Of a stretch of DNA of 64,000 nt, positions 28,655 to 38,554 are shown piece after piece. Position 1 is the stretch's first letter; each line of letters begins with the position of its first letter. Made by a program: the position numbers and the translations under genes. The notes under the pieces are model-generated. The model was not told the DNA's origin, searched no databases, and saw only the letters and a program-made list of their open reading frames with translations. Origin of the DNA: Hanamia sp. (GTDB lineage Bacteria; Bacteroidota; Bacteroidia; Chitinophagales; Chitinophagaceae); contig DATNFV010000063.1 of the NCBI GenBank assembly GCA_035606215.1, forward strand, positions 42,526 through 106,525, in the 5' to 3' direction.

Positions 28655-29350
28655 TTGAAATATCATCATCTTTTTTTTGATCTTGATCATACGCTTTGGG
28701 ATTTTAATGTCAACGCTAAAGAATCTCTTTCAGAATTGTATGAATTCTTTACCCTCGAAAGTCGCTCTGTTTCACCATTTGAACAATTTTATTCTATTTA
28801 CCTTAATCATAATGCCACTTTGTGGGAGCGTTATGAAAAAGGATTCATAACGACAGAAGAATTGAAATGGCGCAGAATGTGGCGTACATTGCTTGACTTT
28901 AAAATTGCTGATGAAAAACTGGCAAAAGACATGAGCGAATATTTTCTGGAAGTCCTTCCAACAAAGAAAAAAGTTTTTGAATATACTTATGAAATTCTTA
29001 GCTACCTGACCGAAAAAAAATATGCTCTTCATCTCATTACAAACGGTTTTGAAAAAACACAGAGATTAAAATTGAAAAGTTCTGATCTGACAAAATATTT
29101 TAAGACAATTGTTACTTCTGAAATCTCAAATTCTGTAAAACCGAAAAAAGAAATTTTTGAATATGCGTTAAAAAAAGCCAATGGAAAGGTCGAAGACAGT
29201 CTTATGATTGGTGATAATCTTAATGCTGATATTGTTGGCGCTAAAAACGCCGGAATGGATTCCGTGTTTGTAAATCATATCAATGCGGATTGCAACGAAG
29301 GACCAACTTATATAATCCGGCATTTAAAAGAATTAGAATCCATTTTATAA
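28655..29350 (+). CDS. yjjG: YjjG family HAD nucleotidase
   Basis: FFDLDHTLWDF, ITNGF, KP...IF, MIGDNL.ADI. Confidence 0.9.
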   Translation: MKYHHLFFDLDHTLWDFNVNAKESLSELYEFFTLESRSVSPFEQFYSIYLNHNATLWERYEKGFITTEELKWRRMWRTLLDFKIADEKLAKDMSEYFLEVLPTKKKVFEYTYEILSYLTEKKYALHLITNGFEKTQRLKLKSSDLTKYFKTIVTSEISNSVKPKKEIFEYALKKANGKVEDSLMIGDNLNADIVGAKNAGMDSVFVNHINADCNEGPTYIIRHLKELESIL

Positions 29351-29396
29351 ATCCCTCTAAAAATCAACAAAACATAAATCCAACTTATTTGTTGAT

Positions 29397-32300
29397 TCAC
29401 TGTTGCACATTTACCCTCACTCCTTCACTATAGGCCGTAAACTCCGGTGCATACATGCATTGAATCGTAGTAATTCCATTGCTGAAATTTCCTGCATGAG
29501 TTACAAACATCGGATATTCAAAAACATAAGTCCCTTTGTTTAAATAATCAAAGAAGAAATTGGTGCTTACATCTTTGGTCGTTTCATAATAACCAAGGCC
29601 ATCCTGGTATTTGTATTGGCTGATTATATTCGAGGGTTCCATACAAGAGGCGCGCATATCTTTCATGTGAACGTATTCCATATCGCGGTCAACGCGAAGT
29701 TCGATGCGAACTTTTATTTTATCACCAATGTGCAATTTGTCGCCATCATTTACAGGAACTAAAACCGGGCCTTTATCAGAGTTCTTTTCTATAAATAATT
29801 TCTTTGAAAGTTTTAATGGTGTTTCTGAAAAAGAGATTTTATCTAAATTTTCAAAATATTGCCAGTAAACTGAACCCCAGGAGGCCTCCTCCCGCCCTCC
29901 TCCAAGGGAGGAGGAGTTGGATGAAACAGTGACTTTTATATTTCCCATTTCCGGGTTTACTTTATCAGCATCAATTTTTCTTTTAAAATATCCCGTACCT
30001 GATTCTTGCTTGTCATCTCTACTATTAATGGTTTTATTCCCTAATTTTATGACCACTTTTTTTTCTTCAGAAAGCCAATTGGTCCCTTGCAATAGAATCG
30101 CATAACAAGCATCAGCTGTAGCTTTGGTCGTTTTCCAATTATTCGTTTGCTTGTTTTTCAGCAACCATGTTTTTAAATCTCCAATCGTTTTTTGGTCTTT
30201 GTCAATTTCAGAAAATGCCTCTATCATCAATGATTGCGATTCTATCGGTGCCTGGTACCACCAATAACCCTGATTATTCCATTCTTTCCAATACATTCCC
30301 AGTTCTTCATTGTTGATTGAATTTTCTTTTAATGATTTTATAATTGCGGTGGCCGTTGCAGTTTCATTTGTTCTGTTCAGCGCCAACGCAATCATTCCCT
30401 GCTCATATTTACTTTCACTCACCCAATATTTCTTTGCCTGATTACGATAATAGTTAAACGCAGTTTCCGTTTCTTTCGCAATCGGATATTCCGGGAAAAA
30501 ACTGCGCATATATAAATATTGAATGGCAATGGCAGAAACATTATTCTTGCTTAAATCCGCTTTGCTTTTTATTAAATTATCATACTCTTCTTTCAGCCTT
30601 TTATCCAAATAGGGAATCGCTTTATCCAAAATAGATTTTAGCGCTATTTGTTGGTTTACTGGAAGAGCATTTAATTTTTTCAAATGACCAATTCCGGTCA
30701 CAATGTATTGAGTCATGTAACGATTGTCCGGACCGCCTTTGAACCAAACAAATCCGCCGTTTGGGGATTGCATTTCTTTCAGTTTATCAATGGCAGATTG
30801 CAATTGAAGACTCATTTTTACCATGTCAAAAAGCAACGCAATATTTTTCTTTTGCTGCGTTTCATTTTGCGCCTGCAACACCCATGGAGTTTGTTCCAGT
30901 AAAACAGATTTTAATTCTTCATTTTTCTGAAGATTGCTTATCAAAGCAGCTTCTTCTCCCCTCTCCTCCGGGAGAGGGGTTGGGGGTGAGGCTGCCCATT
31001 TCTCAAATATGGCTGTTATTTTAGGAGAAGAATTTACAATTTTTAGTGCCAATGCATTTGCATAAAAACGATTGAAAGTTTGCTCTGTACACTCATATGG
31101 ATACTCCATCAGATAAGGCAAAGCCTGCACAGCATACCACGCAGGATTGGTGGTATATTCTACTGTTAATCCATAATTGGTAAGGGTTTTAGATGAATCG
31201 GAATGAAGCAGTTTTTCAAATTTAAAATCTTTACTTCCTTCGCCACGCATTGGCAAGGGCATTGTTTCTGTTACCAGTATTCTGTTTGTAACCACCGGAA
31301 TTGCTGCTTCTTCACCATCACTTACATTTCCTGCTTTTGCAACAATTCTATAAACAACCGCATTATTAAAATTGCTGGGAATTTCAATATTAAAATTTAC
31401 AACAGTGCTTTGCCCGCGAGCTACTGTAAAGGCTTTTGTCCTATTCGTATTTTTAAACCATACATCAACCGGATTCATGGTAGAGGCATTTAATAATTGT
31501 AATTCTGCATTTCCGCTCAATTCTTTATCGCCTAGGTTTACAATTTTTTCGCTAAATTCCATCTTATCTCCTTCGCGTAAAAACCGTGGAGCATTTGGCT
31601 GAACCATTAAATCTTTTTGCGTTACAATTGTTTTTTCTGCATAGCCACTAGCCAAATCTTTTGTGTGCGCAAGCGTCATTAATTTCCATTGAGTAAGCGC
31701 TTCGGGCATCGTAAAACTAAATTCAATATTTCCATCTTTATCAGTTCTTAATTGAGGAAAAAAGAAAGCAGTTTCATTGAAGTTTTTGCGGATTTGAATT
31801 TGAGATTGGTCAATGGTTTCAGGAGTTTTATCTTGTTGAATATTACTTGTTGAATCAGGCATTGTAAGATTCTCTTTCTTTTTTGTTGCAAATCCTGTAA
31901 CAACTACTTCATTCAGATTTGCACTTTTCATTTCCATGGGAGCAGCTCCTCTAATCATGATGCCCCGGTTATAATAAATATTGTATTGAGGTAAATAATT
32001 CAACACATCATACTTCTTTTCTTTTTGTGGAATCATTTTTTCGCTCCAATATTTTTCAAAAGAATTTATACCAATAAAATTCTGTTGACCTTGCCAACTA
32101 TTGTATTCATTGTAGTTTGGCCAAATGTCAGGCTTGCTCCATGAATGTGGTTTAAACTGGTCTAATGAAGCGTCATACATGTTCGCCAACATTTCTGCAG
32201 CAACTTTTTGTCCCTTATCTCCTGTTATTTTTACTTTCCATTTTTCTTCACTTCCCGGTAAAGTTTTATCGCGATAGGTATCAAAAGAAATATTCAGGCC

Positions 32301-35300
32301 TTTGTTGCTCCAGGGCACATTTATCTTATTTGAAACTGCATAAAAACGGTTGTCTTTTACAAAAAAATCATTCACACCAAACCCGCCACGGTCATCTTCT
32401 GAAATCTTAAAATCAAAAACTTTTTTATCATTGTTCAATGAAATAAAATTGAAGCTGGTATTTGTTTTATTGGTGGTCTGTTGCCCGGCGTCGGTCGTCT
32501 TTGTTCTATTAATTTCCTGGATTAAAAACACATCATTTGCAGCACTTCCTGTAATAATTTTTGCAGTTTCTCCTGGTTCAACTTTATTTTTTTGCTGATA
32601 ATTCCAAACATATTCCGGAGTAGAAAGTGTATTAGATTTTGAATCATAAACCTGGAAATATTTTACATCTTTGACTTCCTGTCCGTACTTATCTTTCCCT
32701 ATTGCTTCTGCAACGTACCATCCGCCCTTGAATATTGTTCCGATAGCTATCGGAAGAACATTGAATATTGAATCTTTATTTGTTGAATCACTTTTTTCAA
32801 AAACCAATGCTCCTTTTGCCCACGATTCTTTTTTAGTTTCATCTTTATATTCATCATGCGGAAAATATTTTATAAATTTATTTTTAGTAAAAATAAATTC
32901 GTCCGGTTCATTCCAAAGCCTTTGCCTGATAAGCCTTTCCGGGGATTGTAGCTTATAAATTTTCACATCTGCTTTTACAGTTTCGGGTTCTCCACTTAAG
33001 TTTTTGCTGCTGATAGAAATGCTTTTTAAACTGTCTTTATTAATCACATCTTCCGGTAAAACAATTTGCAAATTCAAAGATTTATATCCAACAGGAACCG
33101 TAATATCGGTGCTTCTTGTTTCGCCGTTGATATCCGTAACATCTGCTTCTACTTTATAATCAAAAACAGGGTCTGTCTTTTTATCAATACTCAAATCAGG
33201 AATAGCAGAAAATGTTATTACAAACTTTCCATCCGCATCGGTGGTCGTTTCTCCATGAGCAATTTCCATCGGCCTTGTTTGTGGAAATCCTTTTCTCCAA
33301 AACATCCATGGATAAAGGAATCTCGCTATTCTGGTAACGCGATAAGAAACTTTTGCGCCGTCAATATTATTGCCTGCGTATGCTTTTGCAAAACCATTGA
33401 TACTAACGGTGTCGCCTACACGAAAACTGCCTTTTGCTTTTTCAAAATCAGTGTAAAACTTAGGACGTTTGTATTCTTCTACTGAAAAAGAAACAGAAGA
33501 ATTTTGATATTCTTTTACATCAATTCCAAATTCGCCATTCAGTTTATTTTCAGGTATTTTAAATTTTCCATTGAATGAACCAAAATCATTTAATAAAACT
33601 TTTATAGAATCTATTTTTTGACTATTGGCATCAGAAAAAATAATGTTCAATGAATCTTTGGATTGAAGCAGAATTGATTTTTTTGTTTTAAAATCTTTTG
33701 TAACGCCGATTCCTTTGAAATAAACTATTTGCCCGGGACGATAAATACTTCTGTCAGTAAAAAGAAAAACCCTGGCAGCCTTATTATCATACTCTTTTTG
33801 ATTATCATATTCTTCTCCATCAATGCCTTTATAATAGTTGTAAAAAACGAATTGATAATCGTCTAAAAACAAATGATCGTTCACTGTTGAAATTTCAAGC
33901 CGTATGTTTTGATTCTTATAATTGTTTTGCTTTTGTTCAGCCGGCAATTCAAAGAAACCATTTTTATCAGTACGATAAAAGCCGTCCTTTATTAAAGTGT
34001 TATTCCTCGTTGTATAATCATATTTTTGATTCCACACCTGCACATTAGCACCGCTCAAAGGCTGTCCTGTTGTGCGATTCAGCACAAAATACTTTAGTCC
34101 GTTGTTGATAAAACTAATATCGGAAACATAAAAATATTGTGCACAAAGTGGATTTTTATCAAGACTAAAATTTTCATCGCCGCTACCAATCAATACATAT
34201 TCTCCAACCGGCAATGCATCAATTTTTACTTCTACAGAATGAGAAAAATAATCGTTCGTTTTTGGTAAATCCTGCTTCCACGTTTTGATATTTTTTAAAG
34301 AAACTAATTTTTGAAAAAGTTTGTCGTTGTCCGATTCTTTTTGCAAACTCTTTTTTAATTCAGGAGTTAAAGAAATAATCCGAAAATAAACGGTATTAAA
34401 ATTTTGATAATTTACTAATGTTCTGAAGGGTTGCTGAGGGACATTTATTTTTTCGGTAGTGAGGTTTAATGAAGGATGTAAAATTGTTTTTAAAAGATTT
34501 TGAGCATTAATTCCACCTTCGCTTTTTGGAAATTTATTTTCGATATTATCCAAAATTTCTTTTGCCTTTACTATCGTATATCCTGAAGCCGAATCATGAT
34601 TTTGGTGAGCAATGATTGCTTTGCTATAAATATTTTGAGCAATCAAAAAAGTAGCTTGTGCGGCTAAAGGATTATCAGCATATTTTTGGCTCAAACTTTT
34701 GAGGGCGTTTATATACAGCGAATCTTTATTTTCCATTACCCCATACTGATTCACAAAATTGATTCGCTCAATATCGGCATCAATCAACGCATCCGGATTT
34801 TTATCCTTTTGATGAAATGATAATAATTGCTGAAAAATAATCAGTGCTTTCTGATGAAGTGATGATGAATCTTTCGAAATAAAATTTCCATTTATAAATT
34901 CGTTTACTGATGCAAAAGCAACCGGGTTATTTATTTCAAAAGCATACGCGGGACGGGTAATATCGCGTTCATCATTTTTAAAATAATCCAATGCGCGATG
35001 TGCAAGCAAATCAAATAAAGTTGGACGCAGATTGCGTACATTTCCTTTTAAAATAATCGCATCAAAAGGTTCCGGTTTTGTTTGTTGTAGAAGTTTTTCA
35101 TTCTTCAAAGAAGCTAAATATAAGTCAGCAATTTTTTGATGCAGATCATCAGATGTCCACGTCGCAATATCTTTTTTATCAAAATTAATTGTGTTGGTTC
35201 TTTGATATAATTTATACCGGTTTTGCTGAAAATAATTCCAGTATAATTGTGCTGTAATGCTTTGTAATATTGACTTTGCCGGTTCTTTTGCAATAGCAAT

Positions 35301-35603
35301 CTCATTTTCAAGTGAATCAATACTTTTTGCAGAAGCATCTTCTTCAATATTCTGCCGCAAATTTATTTTGAATAACAATGCCTTGATGATTTGCGCATCA
35401 TTATTATTTTTTTGGGCATCATTATAAATATTTTCAACTTGTTGCAATGCAGATTTTGTCAAACCTTTTTTCTGAAAATTTTCTACTTTCTTCCATTGCA
35501 TGTCGTAATCACTTTTTGTTTTTTGTGCCTGTAATATCGAAAAACAAAAGCAGAGAATCACTGTAAAAAAAGTCGCGGATAAAAAAGAAAATTTCAATTG
35601 CAT
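29397..35603 (-). CDS. Bacterial alpha-2-macroglobulin family protein
   Basis: TDRSIYRPGQ, EEYKRP, RKNFNETAFF, PRFLREGD, thioester-type YPYECTEQ, MYAPEF. Confidence 0.93.
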   Translation of the reverse strand: MQLKFSFLSATFFTVILCFCFSILQAQKTKSDYDMQWKKVENFQKKGLTKSALQQVENIYNDAQKNNNDAQIIKALLFKINLRQNIEEDASAKSIDSLENEIAIAKEPAKSILQSITAQLYWNYFQQNRYKLYQRTNTINFDKKDIATWTSDDLHQKIADLYLASLKNEKLLQQTKPEPFDAIILKGNVRNLRPTLFDLLAHRALDYFKNDERDITRPAYAFEINNPVAFASVNEFINGNFISKDSSSLHQKALIIFQQLLSFHQKDKNPDALIDADIERINFVNQYGVMENKDSLYINALKSLSQKYADNPLAAQATFLIAQNIYSKAIIAHQNHDSASGYTIVKAKEILDNIENKFPKSEGGINAQNLLKTILHPSLNLTTEKINVPQQPFRTLVNYQNFNTVYFRIISLTPELKKSLQKESDNDKLFQKLVSLKNIKTWKQDLPKTNDYFSHSVEVKIDALPVGEYVLIGSGDENFSLDKNPLCAQYFYVSDISFINNGLKYFVLNRTTGQPLSGANVQVWNQKYDYTTRNNTLIKDGFYRTDKNGFFELPAEQKQNNYKNQNIRLEISTVNDHLFLDDYQFVFYNYYKGIDGEEYDNQKEYDNKAARVFLFTDRSIYRPGQIVYFKGIGVTKDFKTKKSILLQSKDSLNIIFSDANSQKIDSIKVLLNDFGSFNGKFKIPENKLNGEFGIDVKEYQNSSVSFSVEEYKRPKFYTDFEKAKGSFRVGDTVSINGFAKAYAGNNIDGAKVSYRVTRIARFLYPWMFWRKGFPQTRPMEIAHGETTTDADGKFVITFSAIPDLSIDKKTDPVFDYKVEADVTDINGETRSTDITVPVGYKSLNLQIVLPEDVINKDSLKSISISSKNLSGEPETVKADVKIYKLQSPERLIRQRLWNEPDEFIFTKNKFIKYFPHDEYKDETKKESWAKGALVFEKSDSTNKDSIFNVLPIAIGTIFKGGWYVAEAIGKDKYGQEVKDVKYFQVYDSKSNTLSTPEYVWNYQQKNKVEPGETAKIITGSAANDVFLIQEINRTKTTDAGQQTTNKTNTSFNFISLNNDKKVFDFKISEDDRGGFGVNDFFVKDNRFYAVSNKINVPWSNKGLNISFDTYRDKTLPGSEEKWKVKITGDKGQKVAAEMLANMYDASLDQFKPHSWSKPDIWPNYNEYNSWQGQQNFIGINSFEKYWSEKMIPQKEKKYDVLNYLPQYNIYYNRGIMIRGAAPMEMKSANLNEVVVTGFATKKKENLTMPDSTSNIQQDKTPETIDQSQIQIRKNFNETAFFFPQLRTDKDGNIEFSFTMPEALTQWKLMTLAHTKDLASGYAEKTIVTQKDLMVQPNAPRFLREGDKMEFSEKIVNLGDKELSGNAELQLLNASTMNPVDVWFKNTNRTKAFTVARGQSTVVNFNIEIPSNFNNAVVYRIVAKAGNVSDGEEAAIPVVTNRILVTETMPLPMRGEGSKDFKFEKLLHSDSSKTLTNYGLTVEYTTNPAWYAVQALPYLMEYPYECTEQTFNRFYANALALKIVNSSPKITAIFEKWAASPPTPLPEERGEEAALISNLQKNEELKSVLLEQTPWVLQAQNETQQKKNIALLFDMVKMSLQLQSAIDKLKEMQSPNGGFVWFKGGPDNRYMTQYIVTGIGHLKKLNALPVNQQIALKSILDKAIPYLDKRLKEEYDNLIKSKADLSKNNVSAIAIQYLYMRSFFPEYPIAKETETAFNYYRNQAKKYWVSESKYEQGMIALALNRTNETATATAIIKSLKENSINNEELGMYWKEWNNQGYWWYQAPIESQSLMIEAFSEIDKDQKTIGDLKTWLLKNKQTNNWKTTKATADACYAILLQGTNWLSEEKKVVIKLGNKTINSRDDKQESGTGYFKRKIDADKVNPEMGNIKVTVSSNSSSLGGGREEASWGSVYWQYFENLDKISFSETPLKLSKKLFIEKNSDKGPVLVPVNDGDKLHIGDKIKVRIELRVDRDMEYVHMKDMRASCMEPSNIISQYKYQDGLGYYETTKDVSTNFFFDYLNKGTYVFEYPMFVTHAGNFSNGITTIQCMYAPEFTAYSEGVRVNVQQ
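29883..29916 (+). repeat. REP-like GC hairpin in frame in the macroglobulin gene (copy 1)
   Basis: GGCCTCCTCCCGC-CCTCCTCC-AAG-GGAGGAGG; encodes SSSLGGGREEA. Confidence 0.75.
30958..30992 (-). repeat. REP-like GC hairpin in frame in the macroglobulin gene (copy 2)
   Basis: Minus strand GCCTCACCCCCAA-CCCCTCTCC-CGGA-GGAGAGGGG; encodes ASPPTPLPEERG. Confidence 0.78.
32470..32497 (-). repeat. Degenerate 7-bp tandem repeat (4 units) in the macroglobulin gene
   Basis: Minus strand CGACCGA-CGCCGGG-CAACAGA-CCACCAA; encodes TTDAGQQTT. Confidence 0.45.
32738..32755. repeat. Perfect 18-bp palindrome in the macroglobulin gene
   Basis: TTCCGATAGCTATCGGAA flanked by TTGAATA heptamers; encodes LPIAIGT. 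Confidence 0.75.
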
Positions 35604-35871
35604 GAAAATGGTTTTATTCTAAAGATAAAAAACGATGCTTTGTAGTTGTATGATAAAAAATGAATTAACCTTTTCAGGTAGATGCAAAGAAAGATTTATT
35701 TCATAAAGATTTTAGAATTTGAACTTTTTTTAAGAAACAATAAACGATTAAAAAATATAGGAAGAAGCAGTAACCGAACTTTTAAAATGATTTTTCCTGT
35801 TTATATTCCTTCTAAAATATTGACTTAAATTTGAGAAGTAGTTAGACCGATAAGAATAAATTAATAAGGAA

Positions 35872-36132
35872 ATGAATAATTTATCAAGTTATCCGGGTAT
35901 TCAAAGTATTGAATTTGTTGATAGTGCTATTCTATTTGTCCATCTTACGAATGACCGGGTTTGTATTGTTCCGTTGGATAAATTTCCCGTTATAAAAAAT
36001 CTTTCTCAAGAAGAAAAAAAAGAGTTTGAAATAATTGATGACAGATATCTTTCTTTCTTGTCAATTGATGAAGTATATAGTATTGAAGAATTGATTGGAT
36101 TACCGAACTTTGTAGAAGCTCAAAAAGGTTAA
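35872..36132 (+). CDS. Small acidic protein, DUF2442-like
   Basis: LFVHLTNDRVCIVPLDKFP.IKN.S.EE...FEI pattern; own TAAATTTG box at 35826-35833. Confidence 0.6.
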   Translation: MNNLSSYPGIQSIEFVDSAILFVHLTNDRVCIVPLDKFPVIKNLSQEEKKEFEIIDDRYLSFLSIDEVYSIEELIGLPNFVEAQKG

Positions 36133-36175
36133 TTAATCGTTATCAAATGAAAAATAACTTTGTAGAATCAGATTC

Positions 36176-36886
36176 TTATTTCAAATTATGATACACCTTT
36201 TGCACATCTTCATCCTGCTCAAGATGATCTACTAATTTCAAAACTTCATTCGCATCTTCTTCAGAAAGTTCAACAGTTGTTGTGGGAATTCGTGTCAGTT
36301 CTGCAGTTATCACGTTTATCTTTTTTTCTTCCAAAGCCTTACTCATATTTCCAAATTCATTGTAAGGCGTACGGATAATAATATTGCCTTCACTGTCTTC
36401 GCCGATTTCTTCCAGCCCGAAGTCTATCAGTTCAAATTCCAGTTCTTCAATATTCAGATTTTCATTTTTGATTTTAAATTCTCCCATGTGATTGAACATA
36501 AAGGAAACACTTCCGCTGGTGCCAAGCGAACCGTTATTTTTATTAAAATGCATGCGCACATTAGCTACAGTTCTGGTTGGATTATCGGTGGCAGTTTCTA
36601 CCAGTAATGCAATTCCATGAGGCGCATATCCTTCGTAAACCTCTTCATGATAATCAGTTTTATCTTTCCCCATCGCCCGCTTAATCGCTGCATCTACACG
36701 GTCTTTGGGCATATTTACTGCTTTCGCATTAATGATACATCTGCGCAAAGCTGAATTATTATCAGGATCGGGACCACCTTGTTTTACGGCAATATCTATT
36801 TCTTTTCCGATACGCGTAAATTGTTTGGCCATTTTATCCCAGCGCGCAAACATTGTTGATTTTCTTACTTCAAATATTCTTCCCAT
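36176..36886 (-). CDS. yebC: YebC/PmpR family protein
   Basis: [33 protein letters not shown]. Confidence 0.96.
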   Translation of the reverse strand: MGRIFEVRKSTMFARWDKMAKQFTRIGKEIDIAVKQGGPDPDNNSALRRCIINAKAVNMPKDRVDAAIKRAMGKDKTDYHEEVYEGYAPHGIALLVETATDNPTRTVANVRMHFNKNNGSLGTSGSVSFMFNHMGEFKIKNENLNIEELEFELIDFGLEEIGEDSEGNIIIRTPYNEFGNMSKALEEKKINVITAELTRIPTTTVELSEEDANEVLKLVDHLEQDEDVQKVYHNLK

Positions 36887-37128
36887 CTGTTGAAAATTTT
36901 TATTAAACTGACTTTTTTCAGTTGCGGCAAAACTAAAATCTAAAATGTGAAATCAAAAATTAAAAAACTATTTGGAAGCCGGATCTTTTCTCGCCTGATA
37001 TTTCCATATACTGTGATTTTTTAATTGTTACAAAAAAGTTATACTAATCTTTTTGGAAAGTCTTTTTACATCAGATAATTTTGCGCGCATTTTTATTATA
37101 AACAAATAAATCCTGAAAAGGTACAGTT

Positions 37129-38445
37129 ATGAAAGTAATGAAATTTGGTGGCACCAGCGTTGGAAGACCTGAGAGAATGGCTGAGATCAAAAAACTGATC
37201 ACAAAAGAGGAAGAACCGAAGATCGTTGTGTTAAGCGCCTTGAGTGGAACGACTAACGCACTTACAGAAATAAGTGATTCACTTTCTAAAGGCGATCGCG
37301 AAACTGCTAAAAAGCGCATCGATGTTTTGGAAGACCATTATCAGAATTTTATAAAAGACCTGGTAAAGAGTGAAGAATTTTATCAAAAAGCAAAAAGTGT
37401 TCTTGCTGAGCATTTTGAATTTTTAAATATAATTTTAAAAATTTCTTACAGTGAAGCATTGAATAAAGATATTCTTGCACAGGGCGAATTGTTAAGCACC
37501 AAACTTTTCAGCATTTATTTACAGGAACAAAAGATTCCTCATGTATGGCTTGCCGCACTTGATTTTATGAGCATTGACGCTTCCAGTGAACCACAGGTCG
37601 GAAGCATTAAAACAAAGTTAAACCAGTTGTTGAATGCACATAAAGATGCGCAACTTTTTATTACGCAAGGATACATCTGCCGGAATGCAAAAGGAGAAGT
37701 TGATAATTTAAAACGCGGAGGAAGCGATTACAGTGCTTCATTGATTGCCGCTGCGGTTGATGCTTCTGTTTGTGAGATATGGACCGATATTAATGGGATG
37801 CATAACAACGATCCGCGGATTGTAAAAAATACAAAGCCTATCAAACATTTATCTTTTGATGAAGCTGCCGAGCTTGCTTATTTTGGTGCAAAGATTTTAC
37901 ATCCTGCAAGTATATGGCCTGCACAGTTTTTTAATTTCCCCGTAAAATTATTAAACACTATGGAGCCGGAAGCGGCGGGAACACTGATAGAAAGTCACTC
38001 TGAAACCGAAGGTGTAAAAGCCATTGCTGCGAAAGATAACATCACGGCAATAAAAATAAAAAGCAGCAGAATGTTGCTTGCTTATGGTTTTTTAAGAAAG
38101 ATTTTTGAAGTATTTGAAAAATATCAAACACCAATTGACATGGTAACTACTTCTGAAGTTGCCGTTTCACTTACCATTGATAACAATACTTTTCTAAAAG
38201 AAATCATCAAAGAACTGGAAATGTTTGGAAGTATTGAAATTGATACTGATCAAACGATCGTTTCCATTGTTGGCTATCATATTTCCAAAACAGAAAATCT
38301 TCTTGCAAAAGTGTTCGATAGCATCACAGAAATTCCTGTGAGAATGGTAAGCTTTGGCGGAAGTCAACATAATATTTCTATTCTTGTTTCTCATGAAAAC
38401 AAAGAAAAAACATTACAGTTGTTGAATAAAGGATTGTTTGAGTAA
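37129..38445 (+). CDS. lysC: Aspartate kinase
   Basis: MKFGGTSVG, LKRGGSDYSA, EAAELAYFGAKILHP, C-terminal ACT domains. Confidence 0.96.
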   Translation: MKVMKFGGTSVGRPERMAEIKKLITKEEEPKIVVLSALSGTTNALTEISDSLSKGDRETAKKRIDVLEDHYQNFIKDLVKSEEFYQKAKSVLAEHFEFLNIILKISYSEALNKDILAQGELLSTKLFSIYLQEQKIPHVWLAALDFMSIDASSEPQVGSIKTKLNQLLNAHKDAQLFITQGYICRNAKGEVDNLKRGGSDYSASLIAAAVDASVCEIWTDINGMHNNDPRIVKNTKPIKHLSFDEAAELAYFGAKILHPASIWPAQFFNFPVKLLNTMEPEAAGTLIESHSETEGVKAIAAKDNITAIKIKSSRMLLAYGFLRKIFEVFEKYQTPIDMVTTSEVAVSLTIDNNTFLKEIIKELEMFGSIEIDTDQTIVSIVGYHISKTENLLAKVFDSITEIPVRMVSFGGSQHNISILVSHENKEKTLQLLNKGLFE

Positions 38446-38554
38446 AAGCTTCTATTAAAAAGTTTGAGTAAAATTTGTCTCTTTATTTTTTCGTAAATAA
38501 TTTGTCTTGGAGGACGAATTATATAACAGTCATGGATAGACGAAATACTAAGAT

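Noticed and set aside
36887-37128. Lysine riboswitch upstream of lysC
   Set aside because: Short AT-rich divergent promoter region with no recognisable aptamer stems or terminator.
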